Source: a virus. Taken from it: 64,000 nt of DNA. This document shows, one piece after another, positions 63,378-64,000 of this stretch (within the stretch, counting starts at the first letter, position 1; every line of letters starts with the position of its first letter). Location: positions 1 through 64,000 of IMG/VR virus record IMGVR_UViG_3300010398_001198. One strand, written 5' to 3'. The notes beneath the pieces were generated by a model. That model did no database searches, was not told the DNA's origin, and saw only the letters and a program-made list of their open reading frames with translations. A program made the position numbers and the translations under genes.

Positions 63378-63860
63378 ATGGGACGCAGCCCGAAAATGCC
63401 GCTCGGTTCCTCGGAAGCGTTTGTGCTCCGGGCGTTGGAAGTCCGGGCCGCCGCTGCCACCCGCCTGCGGGTGGCGAAGGAGATCTCTGGGATCATGGAT
63501 AGGGACCTGGGACACCAGGCGGGGCTGCAACAGCGGCATACCAGTTCGATCCTGGCCGGGGAGAAGTGGCCCTCGTTGCGGGCGCTCCTCTACCTGGCGT
63601 TCAGCCTGGAGGTGCCCCTGTCGCAGCTCCTCGTTCCATCGCCCAGCAGCGTCGAGGAGGACGATCTTGCTGCGCATCTCCAGGCCATCCCCGACCTGCG
63701 CGCGCTCGTCTCTCGCGTGGCCCGGTGGCCCGCCGCGGACGTGGCCGCGCTGCGCCAACTTGCCACCCTCCTGGAGCACCGCCGCACCGTGCTGCCGGGT
63801 TTTGTCGCGATGCTGGAAGCGACCGCCGTGCTTGCCCCGCCGGCACCCTCTCCCGTCTAA
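63378..63860 (+). CDS. CI-like XRE repressor, divergent from Cro-like gene
   Basis: DRDLGHQAGLQQRHTSSILAGEKWPSLRALLYLAFSLEVPLSQLL. Confidence 0.7.
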   Translation: MGRSPKMPLGSSEAFVLRALEVRAAAATRLRVAKEISGIMDRDLGHQAGLQQRHTSSILAGEKWPSLRALLYLAFSLEVPLSQLLVPSPSSVEEDDLAAHLQAIPDLRALVSRVARWPAADVAALRQLATLLEHRRTVLPGFVAMLEATAVLAPPAPSPV

Positions 63861-64000
63861 CCCGGTACCAAATTCTTCCTTGTGTTTTCCTGATGGATGG
63901 GATAGGGTTTTCCCCTATGCCTATCTAAGGGAATGACCTGAGTTGCCCACACCAGGCAGTTGGGGCCGCTGGCTCCGAGCCAGGAGGAGTGGTCCTATGG

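Overview
A 64-kb GC-rich segment of a temperate phage/prophage with a contractile tail. No integrase, terminase or portal is inside the window. 1-40050 (+) is the virion operon: XkdF-like prohead protease, scaffold, DUF2190-like cement, major capsid, neck, sheath, tube, tape measure, baseplate and tail fibre. 40311-50429 (+) is a separately promoted operon of seven consecutive signal-peptide-bearing, fibre/lectin-like proteins. 50582-63860 holds early functions: annealing protein, MTase, replication initiator with iterons, ParB-like, HAD, VRR-NUC and two XRE switches. The most striking unexplained structure is a set of antisense cassettes in the late operon, mostly HNH endonucleases. Each has an extended -10 promoter and a ~90-110 nt structured leader. 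Three leaders (906-996, 5645-5740, 8907-9002) share one fold: P1 GGGU/AGCCC, P2, CGCAA(A)GU junction, P3. In each, the P3 loop is perfectly complementary to the loop of a hairpin holding the HNH ribosome-binding site, and that sequence differs between copies (covarying kissing loop). Two more leaders form a related second class. HNH cassettes also appear to carry recoded AT-rich replacement copies of the gene ends they disrupt. Seven dispersed heptamer inverted-repeat elements occur between genes. Product names come from motif recognition by eye; no database searches were run.
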